32,000 nt of DNA. Source: Burkholderiaceae bacterium. GTDB taxonomy: Bacteria; Pseudomonadota; Gammaproteobacteria; Burkholderiales; Burkholderiaceae_E. Location of the stretch: assembly GCA_044355655.1 (NCBI GenBank), contig JBIKXS010000020.1, forward strand, positions 25,345 through 57,344, written 5' to 3'. A program made the translations under genes and the position numbers. Every line of letters begins with the position of its first letter. Positions within the stretch are counted from its first letter, which is position 1. Below, piece after piece: positions 9,619 to 20,046 of the stretch. Under the pieces are notes generated by a model, which was not told the DNA's origin, made no database searches, and saw nothing but the letters and a program-made list of their open reading frames with translations.

Positions 9619-11244
9619 TTAAGTGATTGCAGCGTTTGACTGTCTTGCTGTAACGCTGGGATAAGGGCCATCACAAAGCTGGTATCGGGCAAGTAGCGCT
9701 GCAGTGACCGCTTTCCGACTGATTTTGCCTTGAGCGTTGCGGGGAAATTCTTCAAGCTCTAAAAACAATCTCGGCCGTTTATGCGCTGAGAGGACCAAAA
9801 CCCGCGACTGACAGTTCTCGATCCAATGCTGACTGAGCGTGTTTCCGCTGGCTCCAGGCGATCGCGCATCTTTCCATGCTTGATCGGGATTTTGGGGCCG
9901 TTCAGCGACAGCAACGATGATCTCACCCCAATATGTGGAGGGTAGCGAGGTGACAAGCATTTGTTGAACGCCGGGCAGGTCTGCCAGTACGCCTTCAATC
10001 TCATCCGGGTTGACCCGGTAGCCACCAGTCTTGATCACATCGGCCATGCGCCCCGACAAGAACAGTCTGCCGAACTCGTCGATAAAGCCAAGATCGCCCG
10101 TGGCATGCCAATCATCAGGCCCATGCAACATAAATCCATCGGCGGTAATCATGCCCACTGACATATGACTTGCCCGAATCCATATCTGATTAGGCGAATC
10201 GTCGCCTGAGCCATCTGATGCGACCTGATTAGCTTGTTGCGGCAAGCCGATCGCGATTTCAACACCTGGTGCGGCCCAACCGACGCAAGCCGCCCCTAGC
10301 TTGAGACCTTCAGCAAGTCCGGCTGCGGTGTCTGATGGAGGCAGGACGGTAATCGGGTTGACACATTCCGTCTTGCCATAGGTAATTCTGATGACATCAC
10401 CGAAAATCCTGCGCGCCTGCAAATAAAGACCTTCGTTGAGTGCCTGGGTACCAGTGAAAATACACTCGATGGTTTCAATGCGTTCCGACTCGAATGCGGC
10501 AACGAGTTTTGCCAGTACGGTGGGAGGCGCAAAAATCGCCTTGACGCGTCCTCTGGCAAGCACCGCGCGCAATGCCTTAAGCTCGACACCCTGTAGCAGA
10601 ACGACCTCGGCACCGTAGTCCATCCAGGCGGCGGCAAGCAGCCCAGCGCCATGCACGAAGGGCGTCATCAAGACAATTTGATCACCAGGCCTGGGCTTGA
10701 AGGGAAACTCACTTTTTTGCAGTAACTCCCCTTGCCAGCGCGATCGATGGTCATAGACCACCGCCTTGGGTTTTCCCGTGGTTCCTGAGGTAAACATTAA
10801 TCGGGCCCATACCGAGCCATCGACAGCTTCGATACGTTCAGGCAGGTCTTGACCCAGCAAATGCTCAATTGAGATAACCTGCCAACCGAGAGATTGAAGC
10901 CGCTCTGACTGGGCTGGTGTTGAAACAATGCTGTCAACCCCAGCCAACTGTTTACACCATTGAAGTTCTTCGTCGGTTTGACCCCAGCCGAGTGCAACCT
11001 CACAAAGCCCAGCGACTTTCATCCCATGACTAAGCCAGACTGCAGGCAGTATATTTGGCATAAGACTGGCCACGCGCTCGCCGTGACCAAACCCTTTCGC
11101 CTGAAAGTAGCCAGCAACCTGCAGCACATGGCTGTAAAGCGCTTGGAAACTGAGGCTATCACTCTGGCCATTACTCAATGCAATCGCATCCGGAAATCGG
11201 TTGCGTAGCGATAACCAGTGAGCGCTCCAGGCGATACGTTTCAT
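9619..11244 (-). CDS. AMP-binding (class I adenylate-forming) acyl/aryl-CoA ligase-like enzyme
   Basis: Motifs MFTSGTTGKPKAV, ITYGKTE, ATGDLG, IKTGGYRV and GKISRK. SD AAGGGGA lies 7 nt upstream of ATG 11244. Confidence 0.85.
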   Translation of the reverse strand: MKRIAWSAHWLSLRNRFPDAIALSNGQSDSLSFQALYSHVLQVAGYFQAKGFGHGERVASLMPNILPAVWLSHGMKVAGLCEVALGWGQTDEELQWCKQLAGVDSIVSTPAQSERLQSLGWQVISIEHLLGQDLPERIEAVDGSVWARLMFTSGTTGKPKAVVYDHRSRWQGELLQKSEFPFKPRPGDQIVLMTPFVHGAGLLAAAWMDYGAEVVLLQGVELKALRAVLARGRVKAIFAPPTVLAKLVAAFESERIETIECIFTGTQALNEGLYLQARRIFGDVIRITYGKTECVNPITVLPPSDTAAGLAEGLKLGAACVGWAAPGVEIAIGLPQQANQVASDGSGDDSPNQIWIRASHMSVGMITADGFMLHGPDDWHATGDLGFIDEFGRLFLSGRMADVIKTGGYRVNPDEIEGVLADLPGVQQMLVTSLPSTYWGEIIVAVAERPQNPDQAWKDARSPGASGNTLSQHWIENCQSRVLVLSAHKRPRLFLELEEFPRNAQGKISRKAVTAALLARYQLCDGPYPSVTARQSNAAIT

Positions 11245-11256
11245 CCTGCAGTCCCC

Positions 11257-11817
11257 TTAGTTGACTTCCTTGAAACGCTGATCCCGATCTGTAAGGCTTG
11301 CAATGACCTCTTGCTCGTTACCAAGCGGCGGCCGAAGCTCCTCAATCACATCTGTCTCATGACCAAGAGGTGGTCGAAGCTCCTCAATCACATCAGCAAA
11401 AGCTTCAACATCCTCAAAACTTCGATAAACCGAGGCAAAACGGATGTAGGCAACCTTATCAATCTTGCGCAGTTCGCGCATCACCAATTCGCCAATCCGA
11501 TCGCTTGCAAGCTCACGCACGCCGTAACTCATCAGGCGGTTCTCGATTCGCAGCAATATGGCGTCTACCTGTTCAGCGCTTATTGGTCGTTTACGCAGTG
11601 CTAAAGCGATTGAGGCACGCAACTTACGGCGATCAAAATCGACTCGAGCGCCATTTTTCTTCACCACGACCGGCAGGTTTAACTCAACCCGCTCAAAGGT
11701 TGTGAAGCGCTTGTCGCACTGGCTACAACGCCGCCGCCGGCGAATGCTATCGCCCTCGTCGGAGTTGCGGGTGTCGATCACTTGAGTGTCGGCACCGTCA
11801 CAAAAAGGGCAGCGCAT
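11257..11817 (-). CDS. nrdR: Transcriptional repressor NrdR with an extended, internally duplicated C-terminal tail
   Basis: MRCPFC...VIDTR...RRRRRC..C..RFTTFE zinc ribbon followed by an ATP-cone. It sits next to glyA, as is usual in betaproteobacteria. Confidence 0.95.
   Translation of the reverse strand: MRCPFCDGADTQVIDTRNSDEGDSIRRRRRCSQCDKRFTTFERVELNLPVVVKKNGARVDFDRRKLRASIALALRKRPISAEQVDAILLRIENRLMSYGVRELASDRIGELVMRELRKIDKVAYIRFASVYRSFEDVEAFADVIEELRPPLGHETDVIEELRPPLGNEQEVIASLTDRDQRFKEVN
11311..11394. repeat. 42-bp tandem duplication (2 units) inside the nrdR 3' region
   Basis: CCAAGCGGCGGCCGAAGCTCCTCAATCACATC (11321..11352) matches CCAAGAGGTGGTCGAAGCTCCTCAATCACATC (11363..11394). The units encode [14 protein letters not shown] / [14 protein letters not shown]. 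Confidence 0.9.
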
Positions 11818-11876
11818 CGCAAGCGGCCAATGGGTGCAGGTTTCAGCCTGATCAGTTGCAGCGTCGAGGAATCTCG

Positions 11877-13121
11877 TTAGCGATAGACCGGAAATCGTGA
11901 GGTGAGCGCGTGAACAGCAGCACGCGCCTTGTCAATGGTCCCGGCATCACCTTTGCCTTCGAGCACATCGGCGATTAAATGACCGACCTGCTCAGATTCT
12001 GCTTCACCAAAACCTCTTGTTGTCATTGCGGGCGAACCGAGTCGAATACCGCTTGTCACAAAGGGTTTTTCGGGATCGTTAGGGATCGCGTTTTTGTTGC
12101 AAGTGATGTGAGCCTGGCCGAGCAATTGTTCGGCGTCTTTGCCGGTGATCGCTTTGGCGCGTAAATCAACAAGCATGACGTGGCTCTCGGTACGCCCGGA
12201 AACGATTCGCAAACCGCGCCTGCCAAGGGTTTCGGCGAGTACTTGCGCGTTACGAATCACTTGTTGCTGATAAGTCTTAAACGATGGTGCAAGCGCCTCC
12301 TGGAAGGCAACCGCTTTAGCGGCAATCACATGCATGAGCGGACCGCCCTGCAAACCTGGAAAAATCGCGCTATTGATGATTTTTTCGTTTTCTTCGCGCA
12401 TCAGGATGAAGCCACCACGCGGCCCGCGCAGACTCTTGTGGGTTGTTGAGGTCACCACATCAGCATGCGGGACCGGGCTTGGATAAACACCCCCTGCAAT
12501 CAATCCTGAGTAGTGAGCCATATCAACAAGAAAGCTTGCACCGACCGCTTTGGCAACGCTCGCAAACCTGGCCCAATCGATTTGCAATGAATAGGCTGAT
12601 GCACCGGCAATGATGAGACGCGGTCGATGCTCGTGTGCGAGACGCTCCATTTCCTCATAGTCGATCTCCTCAGCGTCGTTCAGGCCATAGGATGCGACCT
12701 TGAACCATTTCCCGCTCATATTCACCGGCGATCCATGCGTGAGATGGCCGCCCATGGCCAACGACATCCCCAAAATCGTATCGCCCGGCTTGGCAAGCGC
12801 CATAAAGACTGCCTGATTGGCCTGGGAGCCTGAGTTGGGTTGGACATTAGCGGCGTAGGCGCCGTAAAGTCGCTTGAGTCTTTCGGTGGCCAGTGTTTCT
12901 GCGACATCGACAAACTCACAGCCGCCGTAGTAGCGCTTGCCAGGGTAGCCCTCGGCGTATTTATTGGTCATCTGCGAGCCCTGCGCTGCCATTACCGCGG
13001 GCGATGCGTAGTTCTCCGAAGCGATAAGCTCAATATGTTCTTCCTGACGTCGATCTTCATCGACCATGGCCTGCCAGAGTTCGGGATCCGATTGGGCGAT
13101 GCCCACGCTGCGTTCAAACAT
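11877..13121 (-). CDS. glyA: Serine hydroxymethyltransferase
   Basis: Classic SHMT sequence ([36 protein letters not shown]). The start is set at MFERS (13121), giving 414 aa. The longer track ORF would overlap the upstream gene. Confidence 0.95.
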   Translation of the reverse strand: MFERSVGIAQSDPELWQAMVDEDRRQEEHIELIASENYASPAVMAAQGSQMTNKYAEGYPGKRYYGGCEFVDVAETLATERLKRLYGAYAANVQPNSGSQANQAVFMALAKPGDTILGMSLAMGGHLTHGSPVNMSGKWFKVASYGLNDAEEIDYEEMERLAHEHRPRLIIAGASAYSLQIDWARFASVAKAVGASFLVDMAHYSGLIAGGVYPSPVPHADVVTSTTHKSLRGPRGGFILMREENEKIINSAIFPGLQGGPLMHVIAAKAVAFQEALAPSFKTYQQQVIRNAQVLAETLGRRGLRIVSGRTESHVMLVDLRAKAITGKDAEQLLGQAHITCNKNAIPNDPEKPFVTSGIRLGSPAMTTRGFGEAESEQVGHLIADVLEGKGDAGTIDKARAAVHALTSRFPVYR

Positions 13122-13123
13122 GA

Positions 13124-13768
13124 TTAATCTCTCCTGATGTCTAATGAGTCCAGGTGATCGATCTGCCCCCATTCGATCATTGAAAATCGTTCACCATCCC
13201 ATGCAATACGATTGAGGCTTGCATTGTGCAAAGGATGCTGGCGCTGTTCGGTCATCGCCACGCCGCTCGCGATCCTGTAGGCGCAATCAAGAAAACCGCC
13301 GTGTGTAACCGCAACAATACGCTCATTGCTTTGATGCGCCGCGACGATCGACTGTAGCGCGCGATGGGTGCGATCAAAGAAATCTCGCAAAGACTCGCCG
13401 CCCTGAGGTAACGCAAAATCCGGTTCACGATTGCGCCAGCGCTGATAATCCGACTGCAAACCCTCAAGTTGCAACTCCTCGTGCGTTTTACCCTCAAAAA
13501 CCCCGTAATGGCGTTCGCGCAATAAACTTTGTTTCAAAATCGGTAAACCAAGCAGTCTTGCAATCGGTTCGGCTGTTGACCAGGCGCGCTTTAAATCGCT
13601 TGCGTAAATCGCATTGATGGGTTGAGCTTGACTTAATATCGATAAATGGCGGGCGGTGAGCATCGCCTGCTGATGGCCTTCTTCCGAAAGCGGCGTATCG
13701 ATTTGCCCTTGAAATCGACGCTGCTGATTCCAGGCTGTCACACCGTGTCTGATCAATACAAGTTCCAT
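13124..13768 (-). CDS. Histidine phosphatase (phosphoglycerate mutase-like) family protein
   Basis: The N-terminal [10 protein letters not shown] catalytic motif and a later THGG motif. Confidence 0.85.
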   Translation of the reverse strand: MELVLIRHGVTAWNQQRRFQGQIDTPLSEEGHQQAMLTARHLSILSQAQPINAIYASDLKRAWSTAEPIARLLGLPILKQSLLRERHYGVFEGKTHEELQLEGLQSDYQRWRNREPDFALPQGGESLRDFFDRTHRALQSIVAAHQSNERIVAVTHGGFLDCAYRIASGVAMTEQRQHPLHNASLNRIAWDGERFSMIEWGQIDHLDSLDIRRD

Positions 13769-13809
13769 CGTGTGCCTTTGGTGCTTTTTTGGACTTTGGG
13801 TTGTAGGCC

Positions 13810-15168
13810 CTATGCCAAGTGAATACGTGCAAACTTTCGCTTGCCTACCTGTAACACATAGCTGCCCGGACCGATATGCTGATTGCGGTCCGAGATACGC
13901 GCACCGTCAAGTTTTACGCCGCCTTGTTCAATATTCCGAATGGCCTCGCTCGACGATACACATAGGCCAGCAGCCTTAATCGCCTGCGCAAGCCCCAAGG
14001 ATTCAGCGCCGCCAAGACTGATGTGGGTATCAAGCAGATCATCCGGAACTTCGCCATCGCGAAAACGCGATTCAAATTCAGCAAGCGCCTGCTCAGCAGC
14101 TCTTGCATGATGAAAACGTGTCACCATTTCGAGCGCAAGCATCACCTTAGCGTCTCGAGGATTTCGTCCGTTCTCACACTCGGTTCGCAGGGCTTCGATG
14201 GCCTGCAAGGATTGACTGGAAAGCAGCAAAAAGTAGCGCCACATCAAGGTATCAGAAATCGACATTAATTTGCCAAACATCTGCGAGGGCGAATCGGTGA
14301 TGCCGACATAATTATTTTTCGATTTCGACATTTTTTCCACGCCGTCAAGCCCTTCGAGCAAGGGCATGGTCAAAATGCATTGAGGCTCCTGGCCATACTC
14401 GCGCTGCAATTCTCGACCGACAAGCAAATTGAATTTCTGATCGGTACCGCCCAATTCAAGATCTGATTGCAGCGCTACAGAGTCGTAGCCCTGCATGAGC
14501 GGATAGAGCAACTCATGCACCGAAATCGGCGTATTAGATTTATAGCGTTTTGTGAAGTCATCACGCTCAAGCATTCTTGCGAGGGTGTAGCGCGAAGCGA
14601 GTTGAATCATGCCGCGTGCGCCTAATGGATCTGACCATTCTGAGTTGTAACGAATCTCGGTTTTCTGCGGGTCGAGCACGAGTGAAGCTTGTTCAAAGTA
14701 GGTTTTGGCATTGGCTTCGATCTGTTCTCGGGTGAGCGGTGGGCGGGTAGCATTTCGGCCAGAAGGGTCACCAATCATGGCAGTGAAGTCGCCAATCAAA
14801 AAAATCACCGTATGACCTAGATCTTGGAGCTGGCGCATTTTGTTCAGCACGACCGTATGCCCAAGGTGTAGGTCGGGCGCTGTAGGATCAAGACCAAGTT
14901 TGATTCGAAGCGCCTCTCCCCTGGCTTCGCTGCGCGCCAACTTGCGCAAGAAATCAGATTCAACCAATAACTCATCGGCACCACGCTTGGCCACCGCCAT
15001 CGCTGCCTCAACACTGGCCGTGACAGGGTAACTCGGCAGTTGAGCATCTGCAGGCAACGATCTTTCAGCCTCGCAAAGTGCTTGTGGCAGCAATGCTGTT
15101 GCCGCTAGCGCTGCCTGTGGGTTGGGGCTTTTCGGATCGGTGGAATCAGCTCGAGAACTCATGGGCAA
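13810..15168 (-). CDS. tyrS: Tyrosine--tRNA ligase (type 2)
   Basis: HLGH (DLHLGHTVV) and KMSKS motifs plus a C-terminal S4-like domain. The longest ORF gives about 35-40 more N-terminal residues than I expect for Burkholderiales TyrS. An internal TTG start is possible (for example at the Leu of SLPADAQ). Confidence 0.92.
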   Translation of the reverse strand: MPMSSRADSTDPKSPNPQAALAATALLPQALCEAERSLPADAQLPSYPVTASVEAAMAVAKRGADELLVESDFLRKLARSEARGEALRIKLGLDPTAPDLHLGHTVVLNKMRQLQDLGHTVIFLIGDFTAMIGDPSGRNATRPPLTREQIEANAKTYFEQASLVLDPQKTEIRYNSEWSDPLGARGMIQLASRYTLARMLERDDFTKRYKSNTPISVHELLYPLMQGYDSVALQSDLELGGTDQKFNLLVGRELQREYGQEPQCILTMPLLEGLDGVEKMSKSKNNYVGITDSPSQMFGKLMSISDTLMWRYFLLLSSQSLQAIEALRTECENGRNPRDAKVMLALEMVTRFHHARAAEQALAEFESRFRDGEVPDDLLDTHISLGGAESLGLAQAIKAAGLCVSSSEAIRNIEQGGVKLDGARISDRNQHIGPGSYVLQVGKRKFARIHLA

Positions 15169-15267
15169 TTGACCTGCGCGTTATGGCTTTATTACAATGG
15201 GAAGTTCGGCCCCTAACTTTCAGAGGGTTGGGCGTCTTATTTTATCCTCGTAAGGAGTGGTACACGC

Positions 15268-17376
15268 ATGGCAAGTGCGGCACAACGACGAAAGAAACGG
15301 ATCGATCGTAAGGCGAAAGCTCAGCGCGCGGGCAGGGTGCTGCCCACCGAAGTGATGGGCCTTTTATCGTTGCCGCCAGAGGCCGAGATCCCAAACACAG
15401 CGTTGATGCCAAGCTTGGCTATGAACACAACAAGCCTCGAGAAGTTCCAGACGCACGGAACGTTCGCTGAACAGCAGCTTTGCCTATCAAGCCAAGAGAA
15501 AGGCCGAGAGAAACACCAAGAGAAAGACACCGGATTTTCACTTTACAAGCGCAACGATGGCAAATATACCGATCCCCGGGCAACCAAGCTTGCTGATGCT
15601 CCGGGAAGCGGGCGTGCTGATGCCCCCGGAAGCAGGCGTGGTGATGCTCTGGCGGTTAGGCCAACTGAGGCACGGACAACCAAGCCTCTTGAGCCGCTTC
15701 CGCAATTCGCCGGTCCACTTGAAGCTTCAAACAAAATACCAAAGTACCGTTCCGAGTCTTCAGGTCAATCGGACTTGACGCCACTGGCTCATCAGTCTTC
15801 CTCGAGTTTGCCCTCATCTACATCACCTCAAACGCTGGTGAAGCGATCGGTCAGTGTGGGCGCCTTTCGGGATCGCATTACCGTTGCATGCTGCCTGATG
15901 GGCCATCACTCGGTGAGCCTGATGTCAGCATTTGCCAGGCCTGCATTCGATCGAACGATAGAGGTGATTGCCCAGCGTGGCTTGCAGTTTGCAGCGGCTG
16001 TGCAACCAATTGTCAGACCGCTTCAGCAGCAATTCGAACGACTGCCCTTGCACTTGTTCGGGTTTGAAATGTGGGCCCGTGCCCGGCGTAAGCAACTTGC
16101 AGCAGGTGGTGCCGCGTCTTTGCTTGCTGTAACTGCGTTTGCCACAGCACCGTTTTCTGAAGAGATCTTGCCACCACCGCAAATGCTCGCCGAAACGCTG
16201 ATGTCGGCTTCATCGGTGTTCGATTTCCAAGAAACAGTTGTGAAGGTCGAGAGCATCCGTCGTGGCGATACGATGGCCGCGCTCCTCAGTCGCATGGATT
16301 TGATTGACCGTGATCTGGCTGAGTTTGTGAAAAAGGATTTGCTTGCACGCAAATCCTTTCAACTACTGCCAGGCCGGCTTGCTATGGCAGAAGTCGACGG
16401 GTACGGAAAAATTCAGCGTTTCGTGCTTCGTACAGGCGGCATTGATGAAAGTTCCGCACAATCGCCCAAGCGCGTCGTGATTGTCCGAGAAGGCGATGGG
16501 TTTCACGTCCGAGAGGAGCTTGTTGTGCTCGATCGCGGTATCGAAACCCGTAGTGCAGAGATTCAAAGCTCGCTCTACGCAGCGACTGATCAGGTTGGAA
16601 TTCCGGAATCGGTCGCCTCAAAAATTGCCGATATATTCGGTGGGGATATCGACTTCCACAGGGATTTGCGCAAGGGTGATCGCTTGCGTGTGATGTATGA
16701 GACCCTGCGTGAGCCTGGCGGTCTGGATACTGCCGCGCCGGGTCGGGTTCTTGGCATTGAATTTTTAAATGCAGGGCGGCGACTTGAAGCTTTCTGGTTC
16801 GACCCCGACGGCGATGGCGCGGGAAGCGGTTCCTACTACGACTCGAAGGGACATAGCCTCAGAAAATCCTTTCTCCGTAATCCTGTTGAATTCAGTCGTG
16901 TGTCGTCGGGATTTAGTGGTGCAAGGCTGCATCCGATTTTTCAGCAGTGGCGAGCGCATCGGGGCGTTGATTTTTCCGCGCCACATGGCACAAGGGTAAG
17001 GGCGGCAGGCGACGGTGTAGTGAGCTTTGTGGGCCGAAACGGTGGCTACGGCAACATGGTGGTTTTAAAACATCGCGATAAAAGCGAAACCGTGTATGCC
17101 CACTTGAGTAATTTCGCTGAAGGCTTACGTGTTGGTCAACAAATTCAGCAGGGTGAATCCATTGGCGAGGTTGGCTCGACTGGATGGGCAACAGGGCCTC
17201 ATTTGCACTATGAATTTAGGATTAATGGTGAACCCGTCGACCCGATGACAACGGCCTTCCAAAGCGGAGGGACGCAGATTCCAAGTGCACACAGGGATCG
17301 TTTCGCATCGTTTACCAGTCAGGTGAAGGCGCAGCTCAACGAGGCGCCTGCTAAGGCGCTTTCTCGCTTCGAATAG
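15268..17376 (+). CDS. M23-family peptidoglycan DD-metalloendopeptidase with a long low-complexity N-terminal region
   Basis: C-terminal HRGVDFSAPHGTRV...GYGNMVVLKH...GSTGWATGPHLHYEF. AAGGAG lies 10 nt upstream of ATG 15268. It is divergent from tyrS and followed by anmK, a conserved synteny. Confidence 0.9.
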   Translation: MASAAQRRKKRIDRKAKAQRAGRVLPTEVMGLLSLPPEAEIPNTALMPSLAMNTTSLEKFQTHGTFAEQQLCLSSQEKGREKHQEKDTGFSLYKRNDGKYTDPRATKLADAPGSGRADAPGSRRGDALAVRPTEARTTKPLEPLPQFAGPLEASNKIPKYRSESSGQSDLTPLAHQSSSSLPSSTSPQTLVKRSVSVGAFRDRITVACCLMGHHSVSLMSAFARPAFDRTIEVIAQRGLQFAAAVQPIVRPLQQQFERLPLHLFGFEMWARARRKQLAAGGAASLLAVTAFATAPFSEEILPPPQMLAETLMSASSVFDFQETVVKVESIRRGDTMAALLSRMDLIDRDLAEFVKKDLLARKSFQLLPGRLAMAEVDGYGKIQRFVLRTGGIDESSAQSPKRVVIVREGDGFHVREELVVLDRGIETRSAEIQSSLYAATDQVGIPESVASKIADIFGGDIDFHRDLRKGDRLRVMYETLREPGGLDTAAPGRVLGIEFLNAGRRLEAFWFDPDGDGAGSGSYYDSKGHSLRKSFLRNPVEFSRVSSGFSGARLHPIFQQWRAHRGVDFSAPHGTRVRAAGDGVVSFVGRNGGYGNMVVLKHRDKSETVYAHLSNFAEGLRVGQQIQQGESIGEVGSTGWATGPHLHYEFRINGEPVDPMTTAFQSGGTQIPSAHRDRFASFTSQVKAQLNEAPAKALSRFE
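15592..15648. repeat. 24-bp tandem repeat (about 2.4 units) inside the M23 peptidase gene
   Basis: GCTGATGCTCCGGGAAGCGGGCGT / GCTGATGCCCCCGGAAGCAGGCGT / GGTGATGCT, encoding ADAPGSGR ADAPGSRR GDA. Confidence 0.85.
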
Positions 17377-18483
17377 GTGTCCGACCGAAGTACTTGCTCC
17401 CTGATTGGTGTGATGTCAGGCACCAGTCTTGATGCGATCGACGCAGCCTGGGTTGAGTTCAGTGTTACAGGCAAACCTAAGATTCTTGATTTCGAATCGT
17501 CTGCGTTATCTGAAGAACTGAGAGCGGCGCTTTTTGCGCTTCAATCAGCCTCATTCAACGATTTACATCAGGCTCAGCTTTTAGCGATAAGGCACGCTGA
17601 TGAAACGGCCGTGGTCGTTGCTCAACTCCTTGAGCGGCAGCGGACTCGCCTTGCGAGTCTTCGTGCGGTGGCGGTGCATGGTCAGACGGTGCGGCACCAA
17701 CCGAAACTCGGCTACACCATACAGTTACTGGCGGGTGCTTATTTGGCTGAAAAAGTTGGCTTTGATGTTATTGGCGACTTTCGATCGGCCGACATCGCCT
17801 GTGGCGGCGAGGGAGCTCCCCTGGTTCCGGCCTTTCACCAAGCGGTTTTTGCTGCCGGCGAGCCGCAAGCGGTGGTTAATTTGGGCGGAATCGCCAACAT
17901 TAGCATTTTGGTTCCAGACCAAGAACCTCTTGGTTACGATACAGGACCGGGCAATTTGCTCATGGATGCATGGATCGCAAAGCATCTGGCCAAACCTTAT
18001 GATGCCAACGGGGTTTGGGCAAGCCAGGGAGTAGTGCATCCGGAACTTTTAAACGTACTCAAAGCCGACCCTTACTTTCCACTACCAGCCCCCAAGAGTA
18101 CGGGCAGAGATTGGTTTCATTTGGCTTGGCTTGAGTCAAAACTTCAAGCCTTAGGCGGGTTTATTTCAGCGGTTGATGTTCAACGAACCCTGCTCGAGTT
18201 GACCGTTTGGAGCGTTGGTCAGGCTGCTGTTGATGCAAAGGTCTCAAAGCTCTGGTTGTGCGGAGGTGGTGCAAATAATGGGTTTTTACTCGATGTCTTG
18301 CGTCAAACCATCAAGATACCAATTGGTAGTACGCAAGATTTACACATCCATCCCCAACAAGTCGAGGCATGTGCTTTTGCCTGGCTAGGCTATTGTTTTC
18401 TAAACCGAGGAAAAGCGAATATTCCTGCTGTTACGGGCGCCCGAAAAGCGAAGATCTTAGGTGCACTTTGGCCTGCTAGCTAA
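17377..18483 (+). CDS. anmK: Anhydro-N-acetylmuramic acid kinase
   Basis: N-terminal GVMSGTSLDAIDAA motif and a 368-aa length. The GTG start directly follows the upstream stop. Confidence 0.9.
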   Translation: MSDRSTCSLIGVMSGTSLDAIDAAWVEFSVTGKPKILDFESSALSEELRAALFALQSASFNDLHQAQLLAIRHADETAVVVAQLLERQRTRLASLRAVAVHGQTVRHQPKLGYTIQLLAGAYLAEKVGFDVIGDFRSADIACGGEGAPLVPAFHQAVFAAGEPQAVVNLGGIANISILVPDQEPLGYDTGPGNLLMDAWIAKHLAKPYDANGVWASQGVVHPELLNVLKADPYFPLPAPKSTGRDWFHLAWLESKLQALGGFISAVDVQRTLLELTVWSVGQAAVDAKVSKLWLCGGGANNGFLLDVLRQTIKIPIGSTQDLHIHPQQVEACAFAWLGYCFLNRGKANIPAVTGARKAKILGALWPAS

Positions 18484-18500
18484 AAGATTAGCAAGCCGCG

Positions 18501-18851
18501 CTATACAGAAAACGAGGAACCGCAACCGCAGGTCGTGCTTGCGTTAGGGTTTTTAATCACGAATTGAGCACCCTCAAGCCCGTCCTTGTAGTCGATTTCT
18601 GCGCCGACCAAGTACTGGTAGCTCATCGCGTCTATCAGCAAGGACACACCGTTCTTTTCCATTCTGGTATCGTCTTCAGCCATATCTTCGTCGAAGGTAA
18701 AGCCGTACTGAAACCCAGAACATCCGCCGCCCTGAACAAAAACCCGAAGCTTTAAATTCGGATTGCCCTCTTCATCGATCAAGTCCCGCACTTTGTTAGC
18801 GGCGCTATCGGTGAAGGTTAAGGGTGCTGGCATTTCGGTTACTGCATTCAT
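18501..18851 (-). CDS. erpA: Iron-sulfur cluster insertion protein ErpA (HesB/IscA family)
   Basis: [13 protein letters not shown] and C-terminal CGCGSSFSV. The start is set at [10 protein letters not shown] (18851), as in Burkholderiales ErpA as I recall it. Confidence 0.9.
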   Translation of the reverse strand: MNAVTEMPAPLTFTDSAANKVRDLIDEEGNPNLKLRVFVQGGGCSGFQYGFTFDEDMAEDDTRMEKNGVSLLIDAMSYQYLVGAEIDYKDGLEGAQFVIKNPNASTTCGCGSSFSV

Positions 18852-18964
18852 TTCCCACATCTCCATTGGAAACCATAGTATGGTAGTCGGGAATTATCAC
18901 CCGCAACACTGCCCCAGAAACTAAGTGTCAACAACGTAATAAGGGTCATGTGATACGAACCAAT

Positions 18965-18992
18965 AAAAACGACCTCTAAGGAGGTCGTTTTT
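18965..18992 (-). terminator. Rho-independent terminator after rpsI (symmetrical, could act in both directions)
   Basis: AAAAACGACCTC-TAAG-GAGGTCGTTTTT: a 9-bp stem and 4-nt loop flanked by an A-run and a T-run. Confidence 0.6.
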
Positions 18993-19035
18993 CGTGCGGC
19001 GACTGCGAAAGTACGCAGCCGATAAGTCTGTCGGC

Positions 19036-19428
19036 TTAGCGTTTTGAAAACTGCTTACGACGACGGGCTTTGTGCAAACCCACCTTCTTGCGTTCAACTT
19101 CCCGAGCATCGCGGGTGACCAGCCCTGCAGCCGAGAGGCTCGGCTTAAGGCTTGCATCATAGTCAATTAATGCGCGGGTGATGCCGTGGCGCACAGCGCC
19201 AGCCTGTCCGGACTCGCCGCCACCATGAACATTCACCATGATGTCGAAAGAAGACGCATTGGAGGTGATTTCGAGCGCTTGTCGCGCCACCATCCTGCCG
19301 GTTTCACGGGCAAAATAATCGTCGATCGACTTGCCATTCACGACGATCTTCCCGGTTCCGCGCTTCAAAAAAACCCGTGCCACCGATGTTTTCCGGCGAC
19401 CGGTTCCATAGTTGTATTCACCGATCAT
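19036..19428 (-). CDS. rpsI: 30S ribosomal protein S9
   Basis: 130 aa ending in the typical ...[11 protein letters not shown]. Confidence 0.97.
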   Translation of the reverse strand: MIGEYNYGTGRRKTSVARVFLKRGTGKIVVNGKSIDDYFARETGRMVARQALEITSNASSFDIMVNVHGGGESGQAGAVRHGITRALIDYDASLKPSLSAAGLVTRDAREVERKKVGLHKARRRKQFSKR

Positions 19429-19429
19429 C

Positions 19430-19858
19430 TTAGATCTCCAGTACCTTGGGCTGTTGGGCTGAGTGCGGGTGGCTACCTTCAGCGTATACCTTCAACTTCT
19501 TGAGCATGGCGTAGCCAAGTGGGCCCTTCGGCAACATACCTTTGACCGCTTTCTCCAGGGCACGCCCAGGAAAGCGAGACTGCATGTTTTTGAAATTGGT
19601 TTCTGTGATACCGCCTGGGAAACCCGAGTGACGAAAATAACGTTTACCCTCGGCTTTGTCACCGGTCACGCGAATTTGGGAAGCATTAACAACGACAATA
19701 AAGTCACCGGTATCGACATGCGGGGTGAATTCGGGCTTGTGCTTGCCGCGCAAGCGCAAAGCAATCTGAGCGGCGAGCCGGCCAAGTACTTTGCCTGAAC
19801 CGTCAATCACAAACCAATCGCGTTGTACTTCGTGGGTTTTTGCAGAAAAGGTCTTCAT
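19430..19858 (-). CDS. rplM: 50S ribosomal protein L13
   Basis: 142 aa with the typical MKTFSAK...W.VIDA-like N-terminus. It lies immediately upstream of rpsI. Confidence 0.97.
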   Translation of the reverse strand: MKTFSAKTHEVQRDWFVIDGSGKVLGRLAAQIALRLRGKHKPEFTPHVDTGDFIVVVNASQIRVTGDKAEGKRYFRHSGFPGGITETNFKNMQSRFPGRALEKAVKGMLPKGPLGYAMLKKLKVYAEGSHPHSAQQPKVLEI

Positions 19859-20014
19859 CGCGGACCCTGAAATAAATGAGAGCTGTTAAAGGAAAGCTCT
19901 CCAGTATAACTGGATTTTCATCGGAGCCAAAATACTGAAAGGATTTTGTTGCAACGGCACCATAAACTCCGATGCTGTGTATGCGGGGTGTGATGAAGGC
20001 GAGCGAGACCCTGC

Positions 20015-20046
20015 AAAAAAAAGGCCCGAAGCGTTAACTTCGGGCC
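20015..20046 (-). terminator. Strong rho-independent terminator reading on the minus strand
   Basis: On the minus strand GGCCCGAAG-TTAACG-CTTCGGGCC (9-bp GC-rich stem) is followed by T8. Confidence 0.75.

Noticed and set aside
9616-9621. Convergent CMD-family and AMP-ligase genes whose stop codons abut with 0 nt between them.
   Set aside because: This is real, but it reflects compact gene packing without room for a terminator and gives no evidence of anything beyond that.
17600-18034. Long alternative-frame or antisense ORFs inside well-supported genes (for example 17600..18034, 4437..4964, 9200..9541, 10296..10652, 16023..16352, 21313..21627).
   Set aside because: Each lies wholly within or across a gene with clear family motifs in another frame. 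Their Arg/Ser/Cys-rich compositions are typical of GC-driven shadow ORFs.
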